From contig CAZBJX010000011.1 of the NCBI GenBank assembly GCA_964492335.1, positions 878-64,877 on the forward strand: a stretch of 64,000 bases of DNA, read 5' to 3'. The position numbers and the translations under genes were made by a program. The DNA comes from an uncultured Dehalococcoidia bacterium. Its GTDB lineage: Bacteria > Chloroflexota > Dehalococcoidia > UBA2247 > RBG-13-53-26. Positions within the stretch are counted from its first letter, which is position 1, and each line of letters starts with the position of its first letter. The notes beneath the pieces are model-generated. The model was not told where the DNA came from. It made no database searches and worked only from the letters and a program-made list of their open reading frames with translations. Of the stretch, positions 1 to 9,585 are shown piece after piece.

Positions 1-66
1 GGGGCGCTTTCAAGAGGGGGCGCACCCCGCGGCCACCGCCACCGGCAACTGTGATCCCTGTGTGAT

Positions 67-927
67 ATGCTGACCGCGCATCCCGTGTTAGAATGGTGGG
101 GTTTCATGGACCTGGCGATCGTCATCCTCCTCACCCTGCTGATGGTGCCGGTGGCGCTCCTGGCCAGCGGCGCTTTCCGCATCGTCCTGGCCACCGCCTT
201 CCTGGTCTTCATCCCCGGCTACGCGCTGGTGGCCGCCCTCTTTCCGCGGAAGGACTCCCTGGACAGGGTGGAGCGGGCCACCCTGAGCCTGGTCCTCAGC
301 CTGGCGGTGGTGCCCCTGCTGGGAATGGCCCTCAACTACACCCCCTGGGGCATAGACACCTGCCCGGTCATCGCCACGGTCCTGGGCTTCATTCTCATCT
401 GCTCCGCGGCGGCCCTGTGGCGCCGCCTGCGCCTCCCGAAGGAGGACCGGTTCACAGCCCGGCCCCGCCCGGCCCTCCCGCGGCCGGCGGGGACCGCGCT
501 GGACAGGGCGCTGGCCGGGGCACTGGCCCTGGTGGCGATGGGCGCGCTGGGCACCCTGGTCTGGGCCATCGCGGCCCCCGCGGGCACGGAGGACTTCAGC
601 GAGTTCTACCTCCTGGGGGACGGGGGCCTGATGCACAGCTACCCGCAGGAGGCCGTCGCCGGCCAGCCGGTGGTGGTGTCCCTGGCCATCACCAACCAGG
701 AGCACGCCCGGACCTCGTACGTGGTGGAGGCCGCCATCGGCGAAGACCTGGTCTCCCGGACAGAACCCATCTGGCTGGCCAACGGCCAGTCGTGGCAGGG
801 CAGGCTGTCCTTCGCCCCGGCCACGCCGGGCGCGGACCAGCGGGTGGAGTTCCGGCTCCTGAAGAACGGCAGCCCCGAGCCGTACCTCACCCTCCACCTG
901 ATGCTCGACGTGAAGGAGCAGCCATGA
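67..927 (+). CDS. DUF1616-like polytopic membrane protein (4 N-terminal TM helices plus C-terminal beta-rich domain)
   Basis: ATG at 67. Hydrophobic N-terminus (LAIVILLTLLMVPVALLASG...), resemblance to archaeal/bacterial DUF1616 family. Stop overlaps the next start (ATGA at 924-927). Confidence 0.55.
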   Translation: MLTAHPVLEWWGFMDLAIVILLTLLMVPVALLASGAFRIVLATAFLVFIPGYALVAALFPRKDSLDRVERATLSLVLSLAVVPLLGMALNYTPWGIDTCPVIATVLGFILICSAAALWRRLRLPKEDRFTARPRPALPRPAGTALDRALAGALALVAMGALGTLVWAIAAPAGTEDFSEFYLLGDGGLMHSYPQEAVAGQPVVVSLAITNQEHARTSYVVEAAIGEDLVSRTEPIWLANGQSWQGRLSFAPATPGADQRVEFRLLKNGSPEPYLTLHLMLDVKEQP

Positions 928-1667
928 CCCGGCACGATGTCCGCGCGCTGTGGCTGCTGGCCATAGTGGGGGCGGAGGCCCTGACGGTCTTCGTCGGCCC
1001 CGTCTGGGGGATGATCGCCTACCTGTCGCTCCTGCTGCTGCTGATCACCGGCGCCTCCCTGGTGAGGGCCACCCCCGCCCACCGGTTCTACCTGGCGCTG
1101 GGGCTGGTGCCCCTGATCAGGATCGTGGCCCTGTCCATGCCCCTGTCCGGCACACCCACGGTCTACGCCTACCTCATCAAGGCCTCCCCCATACTCATCG
1201 GGGCCATGACCGTGGCCATGGCCCTCGGGCTGCGCCCGGGGGAGATCGGGCTCACGGCCCGCCGCCTGCCGCAGCAGGTCCCTGTGGTACTGCTCGGAGT
1301 AGCCATAGGGCTGGCGGACTACCTCATCCTCAAGCCGGAGCCGCTCATCGGGGCGCTCACCTGGCAGAGCGCCCTGCCCCCGGCGCTGGTGCTCCTGGTG
1401 GCCGCCGGATTCGTCGAGAACCTGGTCTTCCGGGGCATCCTGCAGCGCGTGGCCGACGACTCCCTGGACATGGGGTGGGTCTACGTGGCCCTGATATCGG
1501 TCGTGCCGCAGATGGGCCACCGGTCGGCCCCACACCTGGCGCTGGCGCTGGGCATGGCGCTGGCCTACGGGTGGACGGTGAGGAGGACGGGCTCCATCCT
1601 GGGGGTGTGCCTCTCGCAGGGCGTGGCCGCCATCTGCGTGTACCTGGTATTCCCCTTCGTGTTCTAG
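924..1667 (+). CDS. CPBP (CAAX protease / Abi) family intramembrane metalloprotease
   Basis: In-frame ATG at 924 inside the over-extended ORF 93..1667. Motifs FVENLVFRGIL (EExxxR-like) and conserved His in TM segments. Start overlaps the upstream stop (ATGA). Confidence 0.75.
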   Translation: MTRHDVRALWLLAIVGAEALTVFVGPVWGMIAYLSLLLLLITGASLVRATPAHRFYLALGLVPLIRIVALSMPLSGTPTVYAYLIKASPILIGAMTVAMALGLRPGEIGLTARRLPQQVPVVLLGVAIGLADYLILKPEPLIGALTWQSALPPALVLLVAAGFVENLVFRGILQRVADDSLDMGWVYVALISVVPQMGHRSAPHLALALGMALAYGWTVRRTGSILGVCLSQGVAAICVYLVFPFVF

Positions 1668-1885
1668 CCGGCCATGAACTGGACCAGGGCCACCGCGGCC
1701 ACGGCGGCGAAGACCACCAGCAGGGGCACGGCGAAGGCCACCAGGTTCTTCCTCAGGGCGGCGAAGTGCTCGCTCTGGCCGGCGCCGGCCAGTTCTATGA
1801 CGATGAGCAGCACGCCCAAGCCGGCCGTGGCCGCCCCCGTCAGCGCCACGGCGCCCGCCTCGGTGAAGACTGTCGTCGACAACAT
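1664..1885 (-). CDS. small hydrophobic membrane protein (about 73 aa), hypothetical
   Basis: Internal ATG at 1885 of ORF 1664..2020. Two predicted TM helices (AVALTGAATAGLGVLLIVIELAG ... FAVPLLVVFAAVAAVALV). G-rich putative RBS upstream. Confidence 0.3.
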   Translation of the reverse strand: MLSTTVFTEAGAVALTGAATAGLGVLLIVIELAGAGQSEHFAALRKNLVAFAVPLLVVFAAVAAVALVQFMAG

Positions 1886-2070
1886 GGCCCGCCCCCGGTC
1901 CCTCGCCCGTATGCTAGCACACGCCCCCCGGCCCCGGTCAAACCCGCCCCGGCACGGGCCCGCCGGTTGATGGGAATTTGTGAGGGCCGGGACTGCCGCG
2001 GCCCCCTCTTTGTGGTACACTGCCTGTGCTCCCCGGCCGGCACCGCAGCCGGGGATGGGGCGGGCACCAG

Positions 2071-3810
2071 ATGAAGAGCTTCCGGTCCACCCTCAGCCGC
2101 ATGAGACAGGCCGCCGGGGGGCGCATCTCCCTACGGCTGTGGCTGGCGCTCACCCTGGCGGCGCTGGTGGCGCTGGCGGCCCTCCTGGCCTCGGTCCTCA
2201 TGGGGGTCCCGAGGCCCGGGGGCATCACCGAGAGCCCGGCGGACACCACAGGCGCCGCCGCCAGGGGCTGGCCCGGGACCCCCTGCACCGTCACCGCCGG
2301 CGCGGGTCCCAACGGGGCCATATCGCCCTCCGGCGCGGTGGACGTGCCCTGGCGCGGCAGCCGGGACTTCTCCATTGCGCCTGACGCGGGCTACCGCATC
2401 GACGATGTCCTGGTGGACGGCCAGTCTATCGGAGCGGTCTCCCGGTACGGCTTCTACGAGGTCACCGCCAATCACACCATCGCGGCCGCGTTCGCCCTCG
2501 ACACCCGGGAGGAGGCCGTGGTGGTGGCCGCCGCCGACTCGCGCGACATCTCCGGCGCGGCCTACGTCTGCGACGGCACCGACGACCAGGTCCAGATCCA
2601 GGCGGCCGTCAACCGGGCGGGGGCGTCCGGCGGGAGGGCCCTGCTGCTGGAGGGCACCTTCCGCATCAGCGGCACCATCAACCTGTGCCAGGACCTGACC
2701 CTGGAGGGCTGCGGCCACGGCACCCTGCTCTACCTGGAGGACTACAGCGACTGCAGCGTGATCGGCAACGCCGGCGGGCAGGCGGCCCCCCGGGCCAACG
2801 TGACCATCAGGGACCTCCGGATAGACGGCAACGGGGCCCGCCAGTCCACCGGACACGGCATCCTGCGCACCGGGGACGGCGCCGTCTACGAGAACCTGTG
2901 GGTGGCCAACTGCGCGGACCGGGGCATCAGCCACGGGCACGGGGACTACACCAGGATTGCCGGCTGCACGGTGGAGGACTGTGCCGGCCGGGGCATCCTC
3001 CTGGAGCGGTCCTCCTGGGGACGGGTCACGGGGAACCGGGTCTGCCGCTGCGGCACGGTCCCCGACAGCCCGGAGGACAAGGCCATCGAGGTCTACGCCG
3101 GCGGGGACAACACCATCGCCTGCAACCTCATTGACGGCGGCGGGGCCATGAGGCAGATCGGCGCCTGGGACAGCCCCCGGGCCCAGATCAGGGACAACAC
3201 CCTGATCAACGGCCTGGGAATGGGCATCGCCCCCCGGTCCGGGCAGGCCCTCATCATGGGGAACACGGTGGTCCATGCGGGCAACAACGCCATCGACACC
3301 TGCGGCGCGGACGGCAACTGGATCGAAGGCAATACCATCAGCCGGGTCTCCAGCGCCCCCCTGGGCCCGGCCAACATCGAGAACAGCGGCATCTGCGTCA
3401 ATGGCAGCCGCAGCACCGTCATCGGCAACCGCATCGAGCTGTGCGGTCGGGCGGGGGTGCACATCGGCCCGGGCAACAACGACAACCACGTGCTCGGCAA
3501 CCTGATAAGGAACTGCGGGCAGCAGGGGGCGGGGGGGGCCGGCATCTGGGTACAGGTCTGGACCGCCGGGGGCTCCATCAGCGGGACCGTCATCCGGGGG
3601 AACACCGCCTTCGACGACCAGGCGGTCAAGACCCAGGGGTACGGCGTGTGGCTGGACCCCGGCCGCGGCTACATCGACAACCCGGTGGTGGAGGACAACG
3701 ACCTCCGGGGCAACGGCATCGGCGGGCTCCGGATTCACCCCGCCAGCCGCGTGCGCAACGCCGCCATCGGGGGCAACGCTGTCCAGACGGCATGGTATAA
3801 TCCTCCGTGA
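2071..3810 (+). CDS. membrane-anchored/secreted right-handed parallel beta-helix (pectin-lyase-fold) protein with InlB-type B-repeat
   Basis: ATG at 2071 after a GGGGCGGG RBS. N-terminal signal anchor, Listeria-Bacteroides-type repeat (PNGAISPSGAVDV...YGFYEVTANHTIAAAF), then many NxxGxxI/V beta-helix repeats. Extended -10 (TGtggTACACT) at 2011-2021. Confidence 0.7.
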   Translation: MKSFRSTLSRMRQAAGGRISLRLWLALTLAALVALAALLASVLMGVPRPGGITESPADTTGAAARGWPGTPCTVTAGAGPNGAISPSGAVDVPWRGSRDFSIAPDAGYRIDDVLVDGQSIGAVSRYGFYEVTANHTIAAAFALDTREEAVVVAAADSRDISGAAYVCDGTDDQVQIQAAVNRAGASGGRALLLEGTFRISGTINLCQDLTLEGCGHGTLLYLEDYSDCSVIGNAGGQAAPRANVTIRDLRIDGNGARQSTGHGILRTGDGAVYENLWVANCADRGISHGHGDYTRIAGCTVEDCAGRGILLERSSWGRVTGNRVCRCGTVPDSPEDKAIEVYAGGDNTIACNLIDGGGAMRQIGAWDSPRAQIRDNTLINGLGMGIAPRSGQALIMGNTVVHAGNNAIDTCGADGNWIEGNTISRVSSAPLGPANIENSGICVNGSRSTVIGNRIELCGRAGVHIGPGNNDNHVLGNLIRNCGQQGAGGAGIWVQVWTAGGSISGTVIRGNTAFDDQAVKTQGYGVWLDPGRGYIDNPVVEDNDLRGNGIGGLRIHPASRVRNAAIGGNAVQTAWYNPP

Positions 3811-5195
3811 ACGATGGACAGGGTGCCCAGCGCCGAAGACCCCAACAACCTCCTCAAGGTCGCCGGTTCACTTTGATCAAGAAGCTCTTCTACTTCCTCC
3901 TGGAGACCGCCAACGACGCGTTGAGCTTCGCCCGATCACCGGTCGGGGGGATCCGGCGCCTCTACCGGGCCTCCCTCTACCGCAATGCGGCCTACCTCAT
4001 CCTGAGCGCGGTGGCCCTGGGCCTGACCGGCTTCGCCTACTGGATCGCCGCGGCCAGGCTCTATCCCGATGACGAGGTAGGGGTGGCCACCGCCACGGTC
4101 TCCGCCATGACGCTGCTGTCCATGCTCTCCCTGCTGGGCCTCGATTACGCTCTGATCCGCTTCATACCCGGCTCCGGGGAGAGGTCCAGGGACATCATGA
4201 ACAGCGCCCTGACCATAGGGACGGCGGCTTCCCTGGTCATGGCCCTGGTCTTCATCGCCGGACTCGACTGGTGGTCGCCGGGGCTCCATGCGCTGGTGGA
4301 GCAGCCGGGGCTGCTCCTGGCCTTCGTGCTGTCGGTGGCGGTCACCACCGCCTTCACCCTGCTGCAGCGCATATTCTCGGCCAAGCTGAGGTCGAGCTAC
4401 GCCCTGGTCATCGGCCTGGTGTTCGGCCTCCTGCGGTTCCTGCCCCTGGCCGTGATTGCCGCCTCATCGATGCCCCTGGGCATCTTCTATGCCTGGGTCA
4501 TCGCCCTCTGCGTGGCCACAACAACCGGCTTCCTCCTGCTCCCCCGGGTGGAGCCCGGCTACCGCCCGTCCCTGACCGTCAGGAGGCACCTGGTATCCCC
4601 CATGCTGCGGTTCGCCTTCGCCAACTACCTGGCCAATATCTCCATGACCGTCGCCGGCAGCGTCCTGCCGCTGCTGGTGCTGTACGTCCTCGGCAAGGAG
4701 CAGACCGCCTATTTCTACGTCGCCTGGACCTACAGCACCGTCATCGTGTCGGTGCTCTCCGGCGTGACCATCAGCCTCTTCGCGGAGGGCTCCCACGACC
4801 GCGAGCGGCTGAAGGAGTACATCCAGAAGAGCCTGAAGCTGACGGCCATCATACTGGTCCCGGTGGTGGGGCTGACGCTCCTGCTGGGCAGCCGGATACT
4901 GCTGGTCTTCGGCGAAGCGTACTCCGCCAACGCCACCCGCCTGCTGTGGCTGCTGGCGGCATCGGCCGTTCCCCTGGGCATCAACGCCACCTACATCGCC
5001 GTGATGCGCGTCTTCGGAGAGACCAGGGGCATCGTGGCCGTCACCCTGGCCTCGACCGTCATCACCCTGGGATCAAGCCCCACCCTGCTGTCCCGCATGG
5101 GCCTGACCGGCGTGGGGGTGGCCTGGCTCGTCAGCCAGGCACTGGTAGCGCTGTACGCCGGCTGGCAGATACTGCGGATCTACACCGCGCCCTGA
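3807..5195 (+). CDS. Wzx-like polysaccharide/oligosaccharide flippase (MOP superfamily)
   Basis: 12-14 predicted TM helices, typical Wzx N-terminus (LYRNAAYLILSAVALGLTGFAYWIAAARL). Putative GTG start at 3807 overlapping the upstream TGA (GTGA); the start is uncertain, an in-frame TTG is possible. Confidence 0.7.
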   Translation: MNDGQGAQRRRPQQPPQGRRFTLIKKLFYFLLETANDALSFARSPVGGIRRLYRASLYRNAAYLILSAVALGLTGFAYWIAAARLYPDDEVGVATATVSAMTLLSMLSLLGLDYALIRFIPGSGERSRDIMNSALTIGTAASLVMALVFIAGLDWWSPGLHALVEQPGLLLAFVLSVAVTTAFTLLQRIFSAKLRSSYALVIGLVFGLLRFLPLAVIAASSMPLGIFYAWVIALCVATTTGFLLLPRVEPGYRPSLTVRRHLVSPMLRFAFANYLANISMTVAGSVLPLLVLYVLGKEQTAYFYVAWTYSTVIVSVLSGVTISLFAEGSHDRERLKEYIQKSLKLTAIILVPVVGLTLLLGSRILLVFGEAYSANATRLLWLLAASAVPLGINATYIAVMRVFGETRGIVAVTLASTVITLGSSPTLLSRMGLTGVGVAWLVSQALVALYAGWQILRIYTAP

Positions 5196-6496
5196 GCGTC
5201 ATCCCCCCGCAGCGATGCCTCGTACAGGCGGACATGGGCCGCGGCCGCGTTCTCCCAGGAGTTCTCCTCCACGAAGCGGGCGATACTGCCGGCCATCTCC
5301 TGCCTCTCCTGCGGCGTGAGAGAGGAGAAGCGCAACATGGCCTGTCGCAGCGATTCCGGGTCCTCGGGCCGGTAGGTCAGCCCCAGCCCCCAGCGGCGCA
5401 CCAGGTCGCCGTCGTCCCCGGCATCGGCGGTGATGGCCGGGACCCCGTACTGCGCCGCCACGTACAGCACCCCGCTTACCGAGGCAAAGCCCTTCAGGTG
5501 GGACAGGATGACGGCGTCCGCCGCGCAGAAGTAGAGCGGGACCTCGTCTTCGGCGATATAGCGGTCGTCCACGGTGGTCCTGCCCGCCAGGCGGTACCGG
5601 CGGGCCAGGCGCCGGGGGTTGTTCTCCCGGTACTGCGGCAGCACCTTCCCGGCGAACACCAGCCGGCAGTCCAGGTCCAGGCCCGCCGCCGCCGCGAAGA
5701 TGGTGCGGAAGTCCTTGTAGGCGTGGTTGGTCCCGAAATGGAGCAGCACCAGATGGCCATCCGCCAGTTGCAGGCGCCGCCTGGCTTCCTCCCTGGACAC
5801 GGGGGCCGCCGATGGGGAGTAGACCGCCAGCGGTATGGTGAATATCCGGTCGCGGAACGGGGCCCTGGCATACGTGGCGGTGATGGAGGGGGAGTCGCTG
5901 AGGAAGGTCAGGCGGTTCCGCCTCATGGCCCGGCGGTAGAGCCGGTTGGTCAGGGCAATGCCCGGCCTCCCCCCCAGGACCAGGGCCGCCAGCAGGCGCA
6001 GGCACCTCGCCAGCTCGAGATGGAGGACGGCGCTCCCGAACTTGGCCCCCCAGCCCCGGACATCCTCCTCCCGCGAATGGACCCACAGCCCGTAGACGAT
6101 GTTCTTGCGGCGCTGGAGCAGGGCGAACAGCGGGTAGAAGACCTCCGGCACGGCCACCCCGGGAACATGGATGACGTCGAAGCTCTCCCGCCGGCAAACG
6201 CGACGGGCCATCTCCAGGGTGCAGGCGGTGGCCTGGATCTCATCGGCCACCTGCCGGATGGGCCTCAAGGGTATGAGCCGGGGAAGAAGCCGGCACACCC
6301 GGCCGCGGCGGCCGGCCGCCTCCACGAAGGAGATGTGCCGCACCCCCGCCACGAGCCCCTGGCTGTCCACCAGCCCGTCGAAGGAGACCAGGCTGATGTC
6401 GATGCCCCTGGCGGCCAGGGGCCCGCTCAGGCACCGCACGTACTCCTCGAAGTACCCCGGCGTGTGCGCCAGGGGCTCCACCAGCAGCAGCTTCAC
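5180..6496 (-). CDS. glycosyltransferase family 4 (GT-B, GT1/GT4 superfamily)
   Basis: GTG start at 6496 (MKLLLVEP...). C-terminal GT4 EX7E-like region (FASVSGVLYVAAQYGVPAITADAG). Converges on the flippase (16-nt tail overlap). Confidence 0.8.
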   Translation of the reverse strand: MKLLLVEPLAHTPGYFEEYVRCLSGPLAARGIDISLVSFDGLVDSQGLVAGVRHISFVEAAGRRGRVCRLLPRLIPLRPIRQVADEIQATACTLEMARRVCRRESFDVIHVPGVAVPEVFYPLFALLQRRKNIVYGLWVHSREEDVRGWGAKFGSAVLHLELARCLRLLAALVLGGRPGIALTNRLYRRAMRRNRLTFLSDSPSITATYARAPFRDRIFTIPLAVYSPSAAPVSREEARRRLQLADGHLVLLHFGTNHAYKDFRTIFAAAAGLDLDCRLVFAGKVLPQYRENNPRRLARRYRLAGRTTVDDRYIAEDEVPLYFCAADAVILSHLKGFASVSGVLYVAAQYGVPAITADAGDDGDLVRRWGLGLTYRPEDPESLRQAMLRFSSLTPQERQEMAGSIARFVEENSWENAAAAHVRLYEASLRGDDAQGAV

Positions 6497-6563
6497 CAGG
6501 TGCCCCCCGGACCCGGCCGCCGCGACGATGCCGCCGCGGGCGTTGGCCTTCCATCGCCGCCGC

Positions 6564-7646
6564 CTAGCGGCCGGCGATCCTGTCCCAGATCAATCGGCGG
6601 TTTCTCCACACGTAGCCTCTGTCGTACCAGGTGTTTCGCAACAGCATGGGCGCTTTGTGCATGAAGGCCCCCGGCATGGAGTAGCTCTTCTCATAGACCC
6701 GCACCGGCACCCGGGTCCCCCGGAATCGCTCCTTGAAGAAGGCCAGCCCGGGCGTGGCGGTGGCCCCGAAATCAACAGACGCGTACCCGCCGGCGCAGGC
6801 ATCTTCGATGGCCGCCTTCCAGCACAGCTTGTTGGCGTCGTCGGAGTCCTTCTGGTAGCTCCCGATCTTGGCCAGGTAGCACGTCGAACGGGTGTAATGG
6901 CACAGGAGTATGGCCGCAGGCTGGCCTCCGGAGAGCGCCACGAACATCTTCGACCTGTCCCTGAAGACCTCCAGCCTGGCCCGCAGCTCCTCTCTGGACG
7001 GCGCCTTCGTACGGTGCCGGGCGTAGTTGGCATACAGCATGTCCATGAAAAGGTCGGCATGCTTCATCTCCGGGTCCTCGGTGACCACCATACCCCTTTC
7101 CTCAGCCTGCCTCACGCCCTGCCTGATCATCCTGGACCATCGCCTCCATACGTTCTGCTCGAAGGGCGGCCGTATCTGCAGGATGTGGTTGCAGGGCAGC
7201 CGGGTCCCGGCCTCGTACCTGAAGCGGAACCCGCGCTCCAGCAGGGCGGGGGTGGGCTCCTGGGACTGGCTTTCCCCCGGTGCCGCGGTCTCCACCAGTT
7301 TGAAAGCGGCGCACCCCCTGGAGCAGTGCCGGTCAACATACCCCAGCAGGGCCGAAGTGGCCTCGAGCCTCTCCTCGCCGGACAGGTCCTTCCTCAGCAG
7401 CAGTCCTTCCACACCGCCCATCCTGGCGGAGTCCAGGGTCGTGTGCAGCAGATGTTGCTCCCTGACGATGGGGAGGATGCCAGCCAGCTCCGATGCGCGG
7501 CCCTCGACCAGCAGCGGAATGAACTGGAAACCGCCCGCCTCGTGCACCGGCTTCCAGTCATAATAGTGGAACAGGCTTCCCCCCTCCGCGTCCACGAAGG
7601 CGTTCCACCTCTCACGGTCGGCCCCGGTGGCCTCCCGTACCTTCAA
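6564..7646 (-). CDS. FemAB-like / BioF2-like GNAT-fold acyltransferase (Acetyltransf_6 family)
   Basis: TTG start at 7646 preceded by GAAAGGGGG, overlapping the upstream stop (TTGA). Motif LCWKAAIEDACAGGYASVDFGATATPGLAFFKERFRG typical of FemAB-like proteins. The ORF-track N-terminus (7647-7994) is an out-of-gene extension. Confidence 0.65.
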   Translation of the reverse strand: MKVREATGADRERWNAFVDAEGGSLFHYYDWKPVHEAGGFQFIPLLVEGRASELAGILPIVREQHLLHTTLDSARMGGVEGLLLRKDLSGEERLEATSALLGYVDRHCSRGCAAFKLVETAAPGESQSQEPTPALLERGFRFRYEAGTRLPCNHILQIRPPFEQNVWRRWSRMIRQGVRQAEERGMVVTEDPEMKHADLFMDMLYANYARHRTKAPSREELRARLEVFRDRSKMFVALSGGQPAAILLCHYTRSTCYLAKIGSYQKDSDDANKLCWKAAIEDACAGGYASVDFGATATPGLAFFKERFRGTRVPVRVYEKSYSMPGAFMHKAPMLLRNTWYDRGYVWRNRRLIWDRIAGR

Positions 7647-8941
7647 GTCACGGGCCCCCTTTCGTCGCCGGGGGCCGGACCCGGGGGCACGCACCCGGCC
7701 AGCACCTGCCCCATCTCCTCTATGTCCCTGCGGCCCACAGCGGGATTGACCGGCCACAGTAGCAGGGAGTCTCGGACCCGGCACACGTTCCGGGTCAACT
7801 GCTCCGGCCAGTACTCCTGGTGGCCGGGCCAGGTGGTCTGCAGGGGCAGTCCCCTCTCTGCGCACAGGTCCCGGATGCGCCGGATGTCGGCCCCCTCGAA
7901 GCTCATGGCCAGGTAGGAGTAGGTACTGCCCGCATCTGGGCCTGCGGCGCTTCGCGGGTAGCCGCACCCGAGGCGCGCCAGCAGCGCCTGGCATACCTCA
8001 ACCCTGCGGCGGTTGAAGAAGTCCAGTTTGCGCAACTGGGCCCGGCCCAGCTGCGCCACGACGCCCGGCATGGTCAGGAAGTACTGCCGCTTCCCGCCGT
8101 CAATGCCCCCTGCTGCCTCCCGGTGGCGCACCTCCATCAGTCCATCCCCTCTTCCCCCATCCACCGTCAGGGCCCTCGCCCGGCGGCCCGGCACGCAATT
8201 CATCACGGCGTTGCCGGTCCTGACACCCCAGCGCATCAGGAGCTTGGAGGCCCGCCGGCCCGGCTGGTTGAATACCGTCCTCTCCAGGAGCGGCACGAAT
8301 CCCCCGTTCACCACGGGGTACATGATACCGTAGTGGGTCCAGTTGCTCCGCCGGGACAGCGTCTGCATCAGATCGCGGGCCCTTTCGTGAGCAGCCCGGT
8401 CGCGGCACACCAGGAGTCCCCCGCTGAAGTTCAGTGTGCTCTTGCCCAGCGAGAAGGCTGCCATGTCGCCCAGCGTTCCCACCTTCCAGCCCTGGTGGGT
8501 CAGGCCCAGGCAATGGGCGCAGTCTTCGATGGCTACCAACCCCGTCTCCCGGGCATATGACAGTTGGGCCTCGTAGTTGCCGGCGGCCCTCCCGTAGTAG
8601 TGAGTGATGATGAGGCACCGGGACCGGTCACTGGTCTTCCTCTTCAGGTCATCCAGGTCCAGGCTCAGGTCGGCCGGGTCGATGTCCACGAAGACCGGGG
8701 CGGCCCCGGCCAGGCACACCGCGTCCCGGACCACGTTGCAGGTGAACGCCGGCAGGAGCACCTCCCGGCCGCGGGCATCCGCCACCCCCAGGGCCAGGTA
8801 GAGCGCCGTCCGAGCATACCTGGTGGCAGTGACATGGGGGACCCCGATGTAAGAGGCGAACTCGGTCTCGAAATCGCCCACCGCCGTTCTTCCCGGCGGG
8901 GCCAGGCAGGCCCGCACCTCTTCAGCCCCCCAGTACCTCAT
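7643..8941 (-). CDS. DegT/DnrJ/EryC1/StrS family PLP-dependent sugar aminotransferase
   Basis: ATG at 8941 overlaps the upstream stop (ATGA). Fold-type I aminotransferase motifs (LPAFTCNVVRDAV, DCAHCLGL, SLGKSTLN). Confidence 0.85.
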   Translation of the reverse strand: MRYWGAEEVRACLAPPGRTAVGDFETEFASYIGVPHVTATRYARTALYLALGVADARGREVLLPAFTCNVVRDAVCLAGAAPVFVDIDPADLSLDLDDLKRKTSDRSRCLIITHYYGRAAGNYEAQLSYARETGLVAIEDCAHCLGLTHQGWKVGTLGDMAAFSLGKSTLNFSGGLLVCRDRAAHERARDLMQTLSRRSNWTHYGIMYPVVNGGFVPLLERTVFNQPGRRASKLLMRWGVRTGNAVMNCVPGRRARALTVDGGRGDGLMEVRHREAAGGIDGGKRQYFLTMPGVVAQLGRAQLRKLDFFNRRRVEVCQALLARLGCGYPRSAAGPDAGSTYSYLAMSFEGADIRRIRDLCAERGLPLQTTWPGHQEYWPEQLTRNVCRVRDSLLLWPVNPAVGRRDIEEMGQVLAGCVPPGPAPGDERGPVT

Positions 8942-9585
8942 CGGCCGTCGTCCCATTCTTCCGTCCAGAACCCCAACATGAGCACCCGGACCAGCGTCAC
9001 CCGCCCGCACAGACTGGAGCCCATCTTCTCCTGGAGTCGCAGGACCGCGCGGTTATCGGTCAGCGTCGCTGCTATGACCACCGACTTGCCCTGGCCCCTG
9101 AGGAACTCCAGCTGCCGTACACCCTGGGCAACGACGATCCCCTGCCCTCTGTATCGCGAGCTCGTCAGGGCGTGGCCCAGGTAGGCCTCCACCAAGTAAT
9201 CCATCTTCTTGACAGGAGGATCGATGCGGGCCCTGGCATCGATGGCCACCCATACCCAGGAGGCAACCTCGCCGTCGACCACGGTCATCAGCCCCACCTT
9301 GTGCTCCGCCAGCAACCTGCGGGCATCCCTGGCGGAGAACGGCGGCCTGAAGCAGAGGCCTCCATTGATCAGGGCCTCCAGGTCCGGCCGGCCCCACACC
9401 ACCTCTAAGCGGGCCCCCGTCATCTTCGGGGCCGGCCCACTGGGAACGCTTCCCAGCACGCTGCGCCAGAGGTGCCACTCCCGGCGCCAGTAGACGGGCC
9501 GCAGGCAGTACCAGAACGCCCTCCGCACCAGGCCGCCCGGCCCCTCGCGGGCAACTATCTCCCGGCCCTCCCGCGCCAGCCTCAT
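8938..9585 (-). CDS. GNAT family N-acetyltransferase
   Basis: ATG at 9585 overlapping the ATP-grasp stop (ATGA); an alternative GTG start at 9603. GNAT motif YRGQGIVVAQGV. Confidence 0.7.
   Translation of the reverse strand: MRLAREGREIVAREGPGGLVRRAFWYCLRPVYWRREWHLWRSVLGSVPSGPAPKMTGARLEVVWGRPDLEALINGGLCFRPPFSARDARRLLAEHKVGLMTVVDGEVASWVWVAIDARARIDPPVKKMDYLVEAYLGHALTSSRYRGQGIVVAQGVRQLEFLRGQGKSVVIAATLTDNRAVLRLQEKMGSSLCGRVTLVRVLMLGFWTEEWDDGR

Noticed and set aside
88-3738. Long antisense or alternate-frame ORFs (88..897 minus, 93..1667 N-terminal half, 336..587, 639..1535, 950..2074, 2131..3738 and others)
   Set aside because: They overlap better-supported genes on the opposite strand or frame, have Arg/Gly/Pro-rich low-complexity translations typical of GC-rich noise, and lack RBS or operon logic. 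Same reasoning for 4271..6664, 18778..20763, 20118..22361, 21230..22915, 22952..24133, 24146..26164, 27580..29502, 30769..32178, 31865..33847, 42807..44540 and 48125..49390.
6564-7994. Full-length 476-aa FemAB ORF and similar N-terminal extensions of ORF-track entries (9582..11060, 11890..13038, 12798..14948, 16391..17641, 28003..29982, 36832..37824, 60090..60911)
   Set aside because: The upstream parts overlap the preceding gene in another frame and are low-complexity. Internal ATG/GTG/TTG starts with RBS and 4-nt stop/start overlaps give the expected domain boundaries.
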